From Sarea resinae (lineage: Eukaryota), in NCBI GenBank assembly GCA_026026165.1, contig JAPEUD010000056.1, positions 1-64,000 on the forward strand: DNA of 64,000 nucleotides, written 5' to 3'. The position numbers and the translations under genes are program-made. Positions within the stretch are counted from its first letter, which is position 1. Each line of letters starts with the position of its first letter. The notes beneath the pieces were generated by a model. It was not told the DNA's origin and did no database searches. It was given only the letters and a program-made list of their open reading frames with translations. Positions 36,970 through 48,972 of this stretch are shown one piece after another.

Positions 36970-39900
36970 CTACAAATCCCCATCAATCTCCTCTTCCGCC
37001 ATCATGCCCTCATCCATGATCTCAGCTGTGAGCGAGCCAACGCCCCCTTGCGATGCACCATTCTCGTAGGTCATCCTCTTCCACCCACAAGCTTCCTTAT
37101 CGTCCTTGATAAAGTCCATCGTAGGGAACTGGTTAAGTTAGCTTCAATGTTCCGCAGCAGAATGGATATAGATCGCTTACGTAATGTTCGTTCTTTTTCA
37201 TCGTAATAACCCACGGAATATTATCAAAGGTGACAGCCTTTAAACGGAAATCTAGAGTACCTTGTCAGAGCATCACTTTTGACAATATCTGGCACGAAAT
37301 CTTACATGTGTTGTCGGGAATCTTATTGACTTCTTGGACGAAGGAAGTCAAGTCGGCCGTAGTCACACCGTTGACAGCTGTGATGAAGTTTGTAGGCGCT
37401 AGCCCGTATTGATATGCGGGAGATCCTCTCGTCTATAAATTGTCAGTGTACGCGTTCAGGTCAATATGATTGCTTGTTGACTCACCCGAGCTGACACGTA
37501 GACCTCCGAGTGCATCTTGCTAATCTGTTGTCTCACAGCATGATGAGGGCGATGGAGTACAGCACCACAGAACACGACCGCACGATCTGTCTCCAGATCT
37601 TCAGTTGGTACTGTTGGTACATTGATCCTCATCTCTTCGCACTTCCTGACAACGACTGCATCGAGGAAGTCATGATCATACATGACATCGAGCTCAGACA
37701 CACGGGTGATTGTCTTGCCGTTTAGAGTCAAAATCACATCGCCCTCTTGGAGCGTCTGATCATGTCCACATTCGACCTTGCGGACCATGAAGAGCTGATG
37801 TCGTTCAGGATTTCCCTCTTCGACTTTGCTGATCCATTCTAAATATCTATTAGTCATGCAAGTTCATGTGCGAAATGCTTGTCAGGGAAAGGTTACCCTC
37901 GGAAACACCCATAATTCTGGCTTGGCTCATTTGAATAGTGCTGGTCTCGACATTGAGCATTCTTAGCTTCGGCACAATGCCCTTCTGTATCTGGCTGATG
38001 ACCGGTAGCAGAGAAGGCGTAGCTACTCCTAAGTGATATTCAATGTCCTTGTTCGTATGTGGAGAGCGTTCTCCCAGGTAACTCAGCCAGAGCGCCTGAA
38101 CAGTCCCGTCTTCAGCAACCAAAACACCACTTCCGCATTGCCCGCTGAGCCCAGTGTCGACAGTAATAGCATCTAGATTGATCGCCCGATATCTCGGAGC
38201 AGCTGCGTTTGCAGGAATAGCGACCGTTGTGATATCGGTAACCGTGGTTTTGGCGACCACGACTCTCAGATTTTGGTTGAATCCGAGGAAGATGGTAGAA
38301 GCACCCTGTTTGATAGACTCGGTGCTCAATTTTGCACTCTGGACGGGAGCAAGAACAAGCGATGGATCGTACTGAACAACGGCATAATTTTGCAGAGGGT
38401 GCATGAAGAGAACTTTGCCCTCGACGATGATGGAATCTGCAATGGTGATGGAGATGTCGCAGAGGTCGTAAGGGACAACAGCTCTTGAGACCACGACCAG
38501 TCCCTTCCCTGCATCGACAACGACTCCAAATCCAATTTTTCGAGCTCGTGGAAATCCGTCGAGTTTGACAGGCATAGAGCAAGATATTCTCACGAAGCTC
38601 CGAACGACATCAGCTGCTGCGGGGTGCTTGACACTACCGAGCTTGATAAAATTAGCCTTCCGGGGCGTAGGAAGGACTGCTGGGAGTGGATCAGCCAGAT
38701 CAGTGAAGTCCCACTTCCCCGACTCGTCGTTCCGTACAGCAAGCTTCATCTTGCTGGCCCAATGGCGGTCGATATAGATGATGCTCGTATTGAGAGTGTG
38801 CAGATCCCGGAGATGCTTGTAGGTAACCACGACACGAGCTCGGTCTAGCAAAATGTCAGCAAGCGGCAGAATTCGATGTTCAATCTACTCACCTCGAATG
38901 CCCTTCATGACCTCGATAAAAGTATCAAGGTCAGGGGTCAGTTTTTGATCCACCGACTCGATGATCCAACCTGATTCGGTACTCTCGAATCTGAATGAAC
39001 CAGCTGCTTCGCAAACATAGACACCCTTGACCGGGATGGCGTACAGTCTAGCCTGTTGGTAGGACAGGTTATGAAACGATCCTCCCGCAACGGTCACGAA
39101 ACGGTCTGGTGTAATTTCGTGGAGATCGCCAACATCCAGCTCGACCTCGATATCCTCGCCTCCCCTCTGGACAAGCAAAGCAACCTTTCCTCCCACGCTG
39201 GAGTCAAGGATGTCATCCAGTCGCACGAACTGCGTCAGAAGTTCTCCATTGACCTTAATGAGGACATCTCCCTCTTCGAGTTTGCTGTCTGCGGGGCCTT
39301 TGGGCAGGACAATCTCGGCTACCAGCATACCAGTCTCTTTTGGAAAGCCCTTTCGGATGGCAGCCTCCCACTCGGGAGCAAGGCCAAGCCTACGGCACTC
39401 ATCAAATGGCTTTATGATCCATTGACATTGAATAGTACCACGAGATACAGGCATTCCCTGTCGAATGCACTGCAAGGCGCGTAAGGGTCTGTCGAGCGGC
39501 AAGAAATAATCTGTCGCAGCTCCATCTGCTCTGCCACCAGCTTGCAAAGCAATAGCGAATCCATCAATATTGACCACGGGACTGCCAGAGCTACCTCCGC
39601 TCGCTGCTGCTGCCGCCTGAATGTAATTGGTATCTAAAATGGGCTTTATTAGAGCCGAGAACTTCAAATTTGCACCAAATCACTTACTGAAGTCGCTATA
39701 TCCCTCTCCATACTCTGGGGCATTCCTGTCTAGTCGGCTGATAACGCCAGAAAGAATACTGAGCTTTTCACCTGCATCATTGCCAACAACACGGATTTCC
39801 GATCCCACGCCTGCAACCGATCAGGAACACGTCAAACAGGGTGGATAAAACACTTACGGGCCAAGTCAGGCCTTAGCTCCAGCGCGGCCACTGGCATGTA

Positions 39901-40436
39901 CTTGATGGCTTTCGGATCGAATCTGAGGATTCCGAAATCGTGCACAGGGTCGCGATAGACTGGGTAAACGTCGCACTGTTCCAGTCAATGATCGATCTCC
40001 AGAACCACCGCACGGAGTAGCCCACCTCTTCGTGATTATCAAAGATACAATAGCCCCAGAAAGGTCCAGCTCCGACGACATGTCTGTTCGTCAGGATATA
40101 GCCTTTTTGCGCGTCCACGACGAATCCGGTCGCCTCACTGGCAATCGCCGGATCGGTATCAAAGGCACAAGTCTGACAGAAATGGATAGACACCACATTT
40201 CTCACCACCTTCTCGATTGTCGCCTGCCATTCTGCCGTATCTGCCGTCGCAATGGCAAACGGAGACACCCCATGCTCCTCGATCTCTGCCTCCAAGCCTA
40301 ACATAGCGTTCATCGGCGGCATCTCGTCCTCTGATGCGGAAACCGGGTCTTGAGGCTTGGGCTGTTTCGTAGGACGCTGTAGAGTCCCCGAGGGAGGTTG
40401 CTTGCGTTTGGCGCGTGCTTCGCCATTGCGCTCCAT
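36970..40436 (-). CDS. NMA111: Pro-apoptotic HtrA-like serine protease Nma111/Ynm3 (tandem protease-PDZ modules)
   Basis: Catalytic motifs [15 protein letters not shown] and [11 protein letters not shown]; duplicated protease/PDZ architecture; basic NLS-like AKRKQ near the N-terminus; multiple GT-AG introns; stop at 36972-36970. Confidence 0.95.
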
Positions 40437-41796
40437 TTTAGAATCGGTCGTAATGTGTGCAAGGCTGTTGCTGCGACGATCTTGAAACCTCGAGATGGGC
40501 GGCGACCCTGGACCAGCTGGCGCAGAGAGGAAAGATATGGGCTGCGACTGGTGTGCACGGAAGTGGTCAGCTGGGGACGGCTGCGCAGCTTGCGCGCATG
40601 CAAGCCGGATATAGTGAGTCAGGTGAAGTCCGGATGACGGCCTTATGCTTGCAACTGTCCTTGAGCCAATCAGACGGCCTAAACGCATTCAAAATTGTCA
40701 CCAGGCGAGGCGGCAGCGAATAAGGGAGGGTGGAGGGAGGAGAGAGAGAAGGGGGGGGGTGGTGGATGTGGGGACTGGAGAATGGAGGAGTGTAGATAGA
40801 TGGAGGGTGTGGTGGTGGTGGTGGTGGTGGTGAATGAGTGCGTGAAGGGGAGACAAAAGACAGATAGAAAGGCTGAATGAATGTATACGGATCCATAGCG
40901 AGGTAGGTAGGCAGTATCATACATAGTAGATGGTTGAAGATCCTGTCGCAGGAGTACCTGGTCGTAGGGTACCTGGGCTGTCTAGGATTTGCAGCAGACG
41001 CGAGATGTATATCCCTACAGAGTGCAGCCGACCAAAGTACCCTTACCGTAAGTATCTTACGCCGATCATCTTGCTCGCTCGGGGCTGGTATCTTGGTCGC
41101 TATGGGTGTGGCATTGATGGCTACCTTACCTTACGGGATCCATCTGTTTGCTCATGGATGGCACTTTTCAGACAGGCCCGTCCGTCTCGAGGTCCATCGT
41201 CGAGTGTTTGGCAGCAGACTTGCTCCGTATCTGGGCATCAGTACATGCATTACGACTTGGGCGTATTTCAGGGTACAAACCTAGTCAGCAGCACCGCCCA
41301 CGGCAGATCGCGCAGGTTGCAGTAGCACCGATGGGCCGGTGCGGGAGGGATGAACTGCGAACTGATTGAACGCGAAGGCATGTGCATGTCAGGGCCAGGG
41401 CCCGTGTTCACCTGCTCATCCCAATCAGGCAAATCAACGAGGCTATCCCCGGACATCCATATGGATCTATCTAGAGCTGCAAGTCCTGGGGTCCATGCTT
41501 GAGGTGCAACTTGCTTTTTCAACTCGGCCTCACTGATCCGCAGTCTCCTATCTCGCAATTGTTGGTCACAGACCGCAACCAAGCTCAAGAGAAAGCAGCA
41601 ATTCACGGCACGGCAAGATCGCTATAGGCCCAATCTCCCGTGACTTTTGTGAGCGTTCTCGAGCTTTGCCAGAGAAAGGGGTACAAAGAAGACATGACTT
41701 GATCTTCAAACTTGTTCAGTACTACTAAGTCGCCTTGATAACCATATCACTCGCCTCGGCGTTCGTTGCTCGCTACTACCATCTTCATCATGAAGT

Positions 41797-41870
41797 CCTC
41801 CCCCTCCTCCTCCCCCTCCTCCTCCCCCTCCTCCTCCTCCTCCTCCTCCCGCTCCACCCTCACCTCCTTC
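41797..41870. repeat. (CCT)n-type trinucleotide tract
   Basis: Imperfect CCT/CCC repeat in an ORF-poor intergenic interval. Confidence 0.8.
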
Positions 41871-43251
41871 GTCATCTGCTCGTTGGACTGGACGCAATAG
41901 ACCATTCAAAAGCCGAGAGGTTCGAGCGTATCTCGGGAAAATCTTTTCTCGACGAGTCGCGCGCGGGCTGATGATGATAGAAATTATTCTATGTAACCCA
42001 CGCCATTTCGGTCCACGGCATAGCTGGACCACCGATTGCACGTGCACATTTCTTGCTATCTGACGGAGGTGCATGTTGATATTTTTCCGTTTTGGGAAGG
42101 GAGCCTTTATATTTCGCGACGTAAGAGCGGATCCTATTCGCAAGTGTCTTGTTTACGCTTTCGACTGCCACGCTGGATTTATATTGCTTTTCAGGGCCAC
42201 AAGGAATCCCAAGCAGCTTCCCGTACTTGCGCGATCAAATATGGATTGACCCAAACCCGAGACTCAAGTGACTCGGGTGCAACTCTCCAACTTCACCGGA
42301 CCGGTCTTCTCCTTTTCTCTTTCATTTCTCAAGCCTCGCGATCCGTGAGCAGTAGGAGTCCAGAGAGGGCCGGTGTGAGAATTGACCGGTCTCTGTCGTT
42401 GCTGCCATCTTCGTAAATGATCGTCTGCTGCGGACGAGATGCTGAATGTACACCACCGCCTATTGTTAGCAGCTTGCTGAGCATCAGATTCTATCTCGCT
42501 CGCAGTGTCGTCCTTGGCCCAGGACAGGTACCGTTTGAGATAATTTACCGCCAAGTCGGTCATCGACTTATTGTTCTCGCCGGTACTATCTGTCTTAAAA
42601 GCTTTCTCAATGGCTAGTGTTATCTTCCTAAGGCGTAAAAAGTGTTATTATATCTCTCGAAAACCCCAAAAACTTATTCCTCGTGCTCATACTCCTTGGG
42701 GTTATACACCACGTACGGTCCTGATCATGCCAAAATTCTATCCTTCTCCACCCAAGCTTGCAAATGCAAGATTCTTTTGCGGGATGACTTGGTTTTGTTG
42801 CTTCTCACACAGCTCTGACGATATTCAATTGAGCAGGAGAACCCTAAAAAGAGTCCTAGAGCTAGCCAACGAGAAAAAACACAAGAACCTTCCGTCATTG
42901 GGTTTTGTAAGCATCCGTCTTCCCTTTAGGTGGAAGCACGCCTAAGTAGTATTGCTTCAGATATCCAAGGTAGGTAGTCTACGGAGTTGCTTGCTCCTTG
43001 TGTTTTACACCCTATGATTAGGTCAACTTGTCTAGGTAGGTATGCTTCTGCTCATCTACCCTTGCCTTTGATACAAGTTAGTTCTTGTCTTGTACTTGCC
43101 GCAACGAAAAGACTTGTTCATCTCCAGATCTAAAGGAAAAAAAGAGTGCTCCTGAATTTCTAGACCCTCAAAACTGACTTTATCGTAAGTCCAAGTTTAC
43201 TCAACATGCATGCGCTCAGAAGCAGTTCTTTGCCAATCCAAGACCGTATTC

Positions 43252-43363
43252 ATCCATCCATCCACCCATCCATCAGGAGCATCAACCCGGGGACATTGTG
43301 GGCCAGAGAATGGCCCAACAGTCAACCCGAGGTACCTCCTGATGGATGGGTGGATGGATGGAT
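43252..43363. repeat. Perfect 28-bp inverted repeat (hairpin / MITE-like)
   Basis: ATCCATCCATCCACCCATCCATCAGGAG (43252-43279) is the exact reverse complement of 43336-43363, with a 56-nt spacer. Confidence 0.85.
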
Positions 43364-43479
43364 AATTGGGTATACAAACGTGGAATGAGACCCAATGAAC
43401 ACCCCATCTCATCAATCCGCTGAACCTTAAACATGATAGAAGACCCTGAAAATGCTTTCTCCCGTCAAGCCACCGAGCT

Positions 43480-45831
43480 CTATTCAACGCATTGAATGCC
43501 TTCTAGAGCTCTCAATGCTCGAACCCCTTCCTGCTCAAATTTGTTGGCCATCCTCTCACACTCACGACGCATGATTTCCTCTCCCACGCTGGAGTTATGA
43601 CGGATCCATTCTTCGACACTCATTTTTTTCTCGGGGCTAGTCAATAGCTCAATCGCTTTGCTGACAGTTCCATCCACGCCAACATCCTCCTTGTTCACAT
43701 CCCAAGGACGACTTGACGGAGACGTGATGAAGATGTTCTCCAGATCGACCGACTTCCAGGGGAATGATGTCTGGAGGCCGCCAGAAATGATGTTCCTCTT
43801 GCTAGGGCTTACGATCGGTGTGCTGGTAACAGGGAATGATAGTGGCTGATGCTTGCTAGGAGAGGAAATGGGGTGGGAGGAAGGAGGCTGGTTTTCAGCA
43901 TCAGAGGATTGTGGAGATGGCGAGGGCAAGACTTCCTTAGCTGTTCCCCTTGGCGCAGGTGAAGGTGTAACTTCCTTGTATGGCGCTTGAGGCGATGGAG
44001 TAGGCGTGGCTTCTTTTACCGGTGCTGGAGATGGAGTAGGTGTGGCTTCTTTTGCCGGTACCACAGATGCTTGCGATGAAGGCAAAGCGACGGGTAGTTC
44101 TGGTGATGAACTGAACAGTCTCTCTTTGTTCACAGTTTTCTTGGTAGTCCTTGAGATTTTGCGAACAGGCGCGACAGAAGCAGCAGCTTTCACCTGTCGT
44201 GTGCGTGTCAGACGCCTGCTCTTCGTAGGTCTTTCTTCTATTTCTTCACCAGCTTCCTCATCCGTAAGTGGACGATCAAGATCTGCATTCAGAGCGGCAT
44301 CGATTTGCTCGTCATCAGGCAATTCCGCCCTTAAAGACGCCTTGGAAGCCGTCGACGCGGCAGATACTACGCGAGCTGCAGGTCTGGTTGAAGTCGGGCG
44401 TTTTCTGCTCGTCCTTCCGCCCTTGGTTTTGGTCGAGGTTTCCGAGGCAGTGGCCACTTGAGCATCTGTCATGCTGAGATCGTGTGACTCTTCTTCATGC
44501 GCTACTGTTGCGGGGGCACTCTGTAATTGTGCCATGCTGCTTCGCGTTCTCGTTGCTCTCCGCTTGGGTGCAGGCTCGGCTATGGCCTGTTTCTCTTCGT
44601 GCGAATCAGGATATTTAGACTCTTCCATGACAGCGTTGCTTCTCTTCTTGCCACGCGTTTCCTTTGGAGGTGGTGATGCTGATCGCTTTGGTGTTGCCTT
44701 TTCACTGGATGCCGTAACGCTATCCTCGTCTGGGACGACATCCTTCTTTACAGTACGCGTCCGTGGGGCCTTGGCAACGGCAGTCTTCTTGTTAGACTTC
44801 GTGGGTTTCCGGGCTTTGCTTTTCGCAGGGACCGAGGCGGTTGTATTGACTGTACCTGTAGTCATGATACTGTCGTCTGCGCCGCAACTGATGTCTGCGT
44901 TCGAGGGTGCTTCAGAGGCGATGGAGATAGTTGATTGTGTTGAGAGACGAGAAGCTTTCGAAGCTCGACCCTTTTTGGTACGAGTCGGCTTGCTAGCAGT
45001 CGCAGTCGCACTTGTTTTCGTAGACGCGGAACTGGTGAGTAGGAAGAAAGCACAGTCTGGAGAACGCCGCTGGTGCTCGCGTCTAGAAAGCGTCGTTCAG
45101 CACGGTGGTACATAGTATTTGCACCCAAGGAAGGCACGGTTGACAACTTACAAAGGATTGTCTTTGGGCTCCCACCCGTCGAGTGACAAACTGCAATAGG
45201 CACACGAAACAAAGTCATCTGACTCGGGGGTTGGGCAATAGTACCACCCAGCTTCCACCATCTTTATCGTGATATATTAGTGCCGTACATATGATAGCGT
45301 TCTGTGTAAGCAAGGCACGCACCTTCTGCATTTTACACGTCCATCCTCTTTTGCCCTCATGAGGCCACAAATCCATAAATGTAGCTTTACGTGCTTCCAT
45401 CAGCTCGTCGCTGAGTGGGTCTTCTTCGACGGGGTGCTCGTCTTCTTTTCGCTGCGCAATGCCGGCATTGACAGCCCATCCGCACGTCGGGGAATGGTGA
45501 AGATGTTCGGATACTGGACTGTCTTCCTCTTCCCAGCCATCGAGAGACTTGCGACATAAGAAGCACGCAACATTATCCGCACTCGATGCGGTCGGTCGAT
45601 AGAAGAACCCGGCCCGAGCAAGCTGAACGCGCATGGATCGGTCAGCGAATGGACTGTGCATCACTTTGCCAAGTATGAAAAGAGACGCACGTCTTCCGGT
45701 GAAGGGCTAGTATGGGGCCAAGAGATGGTCTTTTGATTTTTCGCATTCGAAGCTCTTCTTTTGGGTAGCTGAGCAGCAGCGAAGGACGCGAGACGGCCGG
45801 CGAAGGTGAGCATGGAATCAGGCACCGACAT
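43480..45831 (-). CDS. BIR1: BIR-domain protein Bir1/survivin (chromosomal passenger complex; IAP family)
   Basis: Two BIR repeats (RLASF...WPH...LARAGFFY...CFLC...LDGWE...EH...C; ARKATF...WPH...AGWYY...CAYC...LDGWEPKD...H...C). C-terminal EKKMSVEEWI...CERMANKFEQEGVRALRALEGI. Confidence 0.94.
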
Positions 45832-46347
45832 CTGGACGGCTAAGAGCGCAAGACGCGCGATCTAGAAGATCTGGACAGAAGCAGTTCAGTGACGATGGGC
45901 AATGGCTGGTGATCGGCGGGTAAGGTGGGCGATGATGGTGGAATCCGATCGTTGCTGTCCGCTGGAGTGCGATACGGATGCGCGACGATGTTTGTTGTGG
46001 TCGACTGGGGAGGCGATTATTACAGGGTGCCGGAAGGACGAGAAGCGTAGAAACGGGAGCGAACGAAACGCGAGACAGAGACGAGTCACTTGATCTCGCT
46101 TGTAGCCGTATCGATTCGCTGCGATGCCACCTCGCACCCTACGGAGTCAAGTGACCCTAAATACTCTGTTGATATGCTGCTCCTACATAGGTAATAGTCC
46201 TTACTGTCTTGCTTTTGTACGAGTATTTGTTGCCTTCTGCTCATATATGATCTTGATATAAGGGCACTATATGCCATCAAGCACAGGTAGTTGAGTAATA
46301 TCGTTCCAATCGGTGGTTTGGAGGCTGTAGCCATGACCTTGTCTCTA

Positions 46348-46881
46348 TCAGTTCTTCCCCTTGAACCACTTCTTTAATCCTCCCTTTGGCGTCCTCGAAC
46401 TCTCTTCCCCTTCATCCTCCTCTCCTCCCTCTCCCTCCCCCCCTTGGGAACTATCTCCAAAGTTCCTCACCACGTCCCCACAATAGACGACCCACCATCC
46501 CACCTTCTCCCCCGGCGCAATCTGATCTCTTAATTCAACCAATGCGCCCCATTCCTCCGCACTTCCAGCCCCTCCAGCCATTACTTCCCCAACATCAACA
46601 CTCAGTTCACAGTCCACGACCCTATCTGCTACAAATGCGAAAGGCTGGCTTGCGGCGGCAGCACTGAGATTCCGCTCGTCGTGCTGTTCGATGAATTGCA
46701 GGTGTGGGAGAGACGACATGACGGCGGGGTAGAGACCTTTGAGGGAGCTGAGCATAGTCCGCTGAGTAGAAGGGGCCATCAGCCATTCTGCCGCGGCGTC
46801 GTCGAGGTTTTGGAGGATTATGTGAATCCGGATCGCGGCTCGAGGCCAGCGAAAGCCGTGGAGAAGGAAGACGGGCATTGC
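46348..46881 (-). CDS. flbE: Developmental regulator FlbE-like protein
   Basis: Single exon. MPVFLLHGFRWPR...IRIHIILQNLDDAAAEW...LQFIEQHD...SQPFAFVAD...LRDQIAPGEKVGWWVVYCGD, as in the FlbE family. Confidence 0.82.
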   Translation of the reverse strand, partial: AMPVFLLHGFRWPRAAIRIHIILQNLDDAAAEWLMAPSTQRTMLSSLKGLYPAVMSSLPHLQFIEQHDERNLSAAAASQPFAFVADRVVDCELSVDVGEVMAGGAGSAEEWGALVELRDQIAPGEKVGWWVVYCGDVVRNFGDSSQGGEGEGGEEDEGEESSRTPKGGLKKWFKGKN

Positions 46882-47645
46882 ATCTGTCCCGTGGATTTCT
46901 GGCAACTCCTGAGAATGGTAGATTTAAGTGTAATTGTTCTCATCAACTCTCTTTCGTCCTGGAAAATTGATAACGGCGGTCAGAGAAATGATTGAAATAG
47001 CAGCGCATCGCTTCATTGTGACCACTGTTGTACGTTGCTGTCTCTGTGCTGCATGTGTGCAGTCCGAGTTGCCGTCAAGGGCTAAAGATCAACTTTTTTT
47101 GGGTTTGTGATGACTATCCCTGCCGCTGCACTGCACTGCACTGCAGCCGCAGCCCGCCAAGTTAGGCTTGAGCCTTGTTGCATTGCATGCCGCCAAATCA
47201 AGTCGAGAGAGTAACACGTCGCATGAGATGGCAACGTCTGTGAATTTCGAATGAATGCTTGTACCATAATTCGTACTCGAGTGGGGACTGGATATTACTT
47301 ATGCGTGCTTGGTGCAGATGCAGTACTTTGTAGAGCAAAGCCGTTGAAGGCGGTCGTGCCAGAACATCAACCCTTGCGAACTACTTGGTTGGCAACGAAA
47401 ACGGATGGGGATCCTGTTACGGACACGTAATTGTGGACTGTGATATGGATAAGATCATGTAATTTCGCGGCTTGTGCATGAGCGTAAAGGACAATCGACG
47501 ATTGAAATGATCCTAGTTGTGGATGAGCCGATTCCTTCGACATGGTGTCAACAAGGTACACCTCCATCTCCACTTCCACTTGCATTTCTGCCTTTACTCA
47601 GAGAACAGCAGCTCTGTTATTCCATGGCGATACCTTATTTTCCTA

Positions 47646-48649
47646 CTATGCTCCTTGGTAATCCCTCTTCCACACCTTGTCAAACACCTCAGCATCGACC
47701 GCAAACGGTCTGATGAACTCCCTTTCCAAATCGTGTGTTCTGCTCCCCAATAGCACCAAACTATGCAACGGTTTACCAAGGTCGGCTTCGCTCAACTCTT
47801 TTAATGTCCCTGCCACCAGCTTCTGATCCGCTGCTCCTACCCTTGCTGCTCCGACGGCAAGACTGTCGGGGCCATATACTCCCTGCCGGCGCTCTTCTTC
47901 CGTCTCCAGCATCTGCGTCGCACACTGTGCCACCGTCATGTATCGTGGCGGCTCGAAGATTTTCCTCCCCCGAGCCAGGTTCTCCATCGACTGCTCTTTG
48001 ACCTTGATGTCTAGTAGGACCAGTGTGTGCAGGCCGATCTGTCGGTTTTCCGCAACGCGGTCGTAGAACGAGGATGGCTTCCAGTTGTCGGTGAAGAAAA
48101 CCATCGACACTGTCTGACCAAAATTGTACAGTTGGAGCCCCGTAGATCCGATGGCAGACATTATCGAGGCATTTGGGATCGTCTGGGTGGGGATGTGTAA
48201 CTCTCGAGCTCGTAGGACGAGATCACTATGAGTAGTTGCCCTAGTGTAGAAACACATGAGCAATCATTGCATCTTCTGGTACCAACTAAAGTCCTCTCTC
48301 ACCCAAATGGATCGCCCACGACCAAAAAGGCCACATCGACCTTGTCTGCCTCCGCTAGGATGTCGTCGCTAGCAGACTCGACCATCTCTCGGTCAGCCAG
48401 CAGCACGTCACGACCATAGTAAGCCTCCTACTTTTGTGCGTGGCATCAGCTAGGAACTCTAGAGCAGGTACAAATGGTTGAGCTTCAGTATATCGCGCAT
48501 TGAAGGCAGCTTACGAGTTTCTCTTTGTCGACTAGGAGGATGCTTGTGTAGGCCTCTAAGTAAACTCTCTCGGCCCTCTTCACAACATCAAGGCCTTTGA
48601 CGGTGATGTCTGTCTCATCTGCGAGACCCAGACCGACTAGATAGAGCAT
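47646..48649 (-). CDS. DPH5: Diphthine methyl ester synthase
   Basis: [20 protein letters not shown]...[58 protein letters not shown]; two introns. Confidence 0.96.
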
Positions 48650-48972
48650 CTTAATGGACAGGATACCCGCGAGGATATCGATCGGGGACGAAGAAGAAGG
48701 TGATCGGCAGATCAATAATCTCGATAGCAGCCCGCGTGCGTCAGAAAATCCATGTTCGATAAAGACCAGCTTAGGCTTAGCTCAAGGCGGTGAGCCTCTT
48801 AGTCAGCACTCCTGCCGTGTCTGGCCTCGCAATAGGTAACCAACATCCATGAACAGGCTCTAGACCTCCAATTCCCCCCACTATCTCCATCTCTGTCTGT
48901 TATTTTCCTCATTGATTTATCTTCGACAACCGCTGACTAGATAAAGGGTATATCAGAAGACTGCCGATCATC

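Noticed and set aside
42760..43040. Telomerase pseudoknot-like U-rich motifs on the minus strand (TTTTTTCTCGTTGGCT; CTCTTTTTAGGGTTCT / AAAAGAATCTTG)
   Set aside because: Resemblance only: the pairings rely on several G-U pairs and no canonical template lies upstream. It would need a covariance-model hit.
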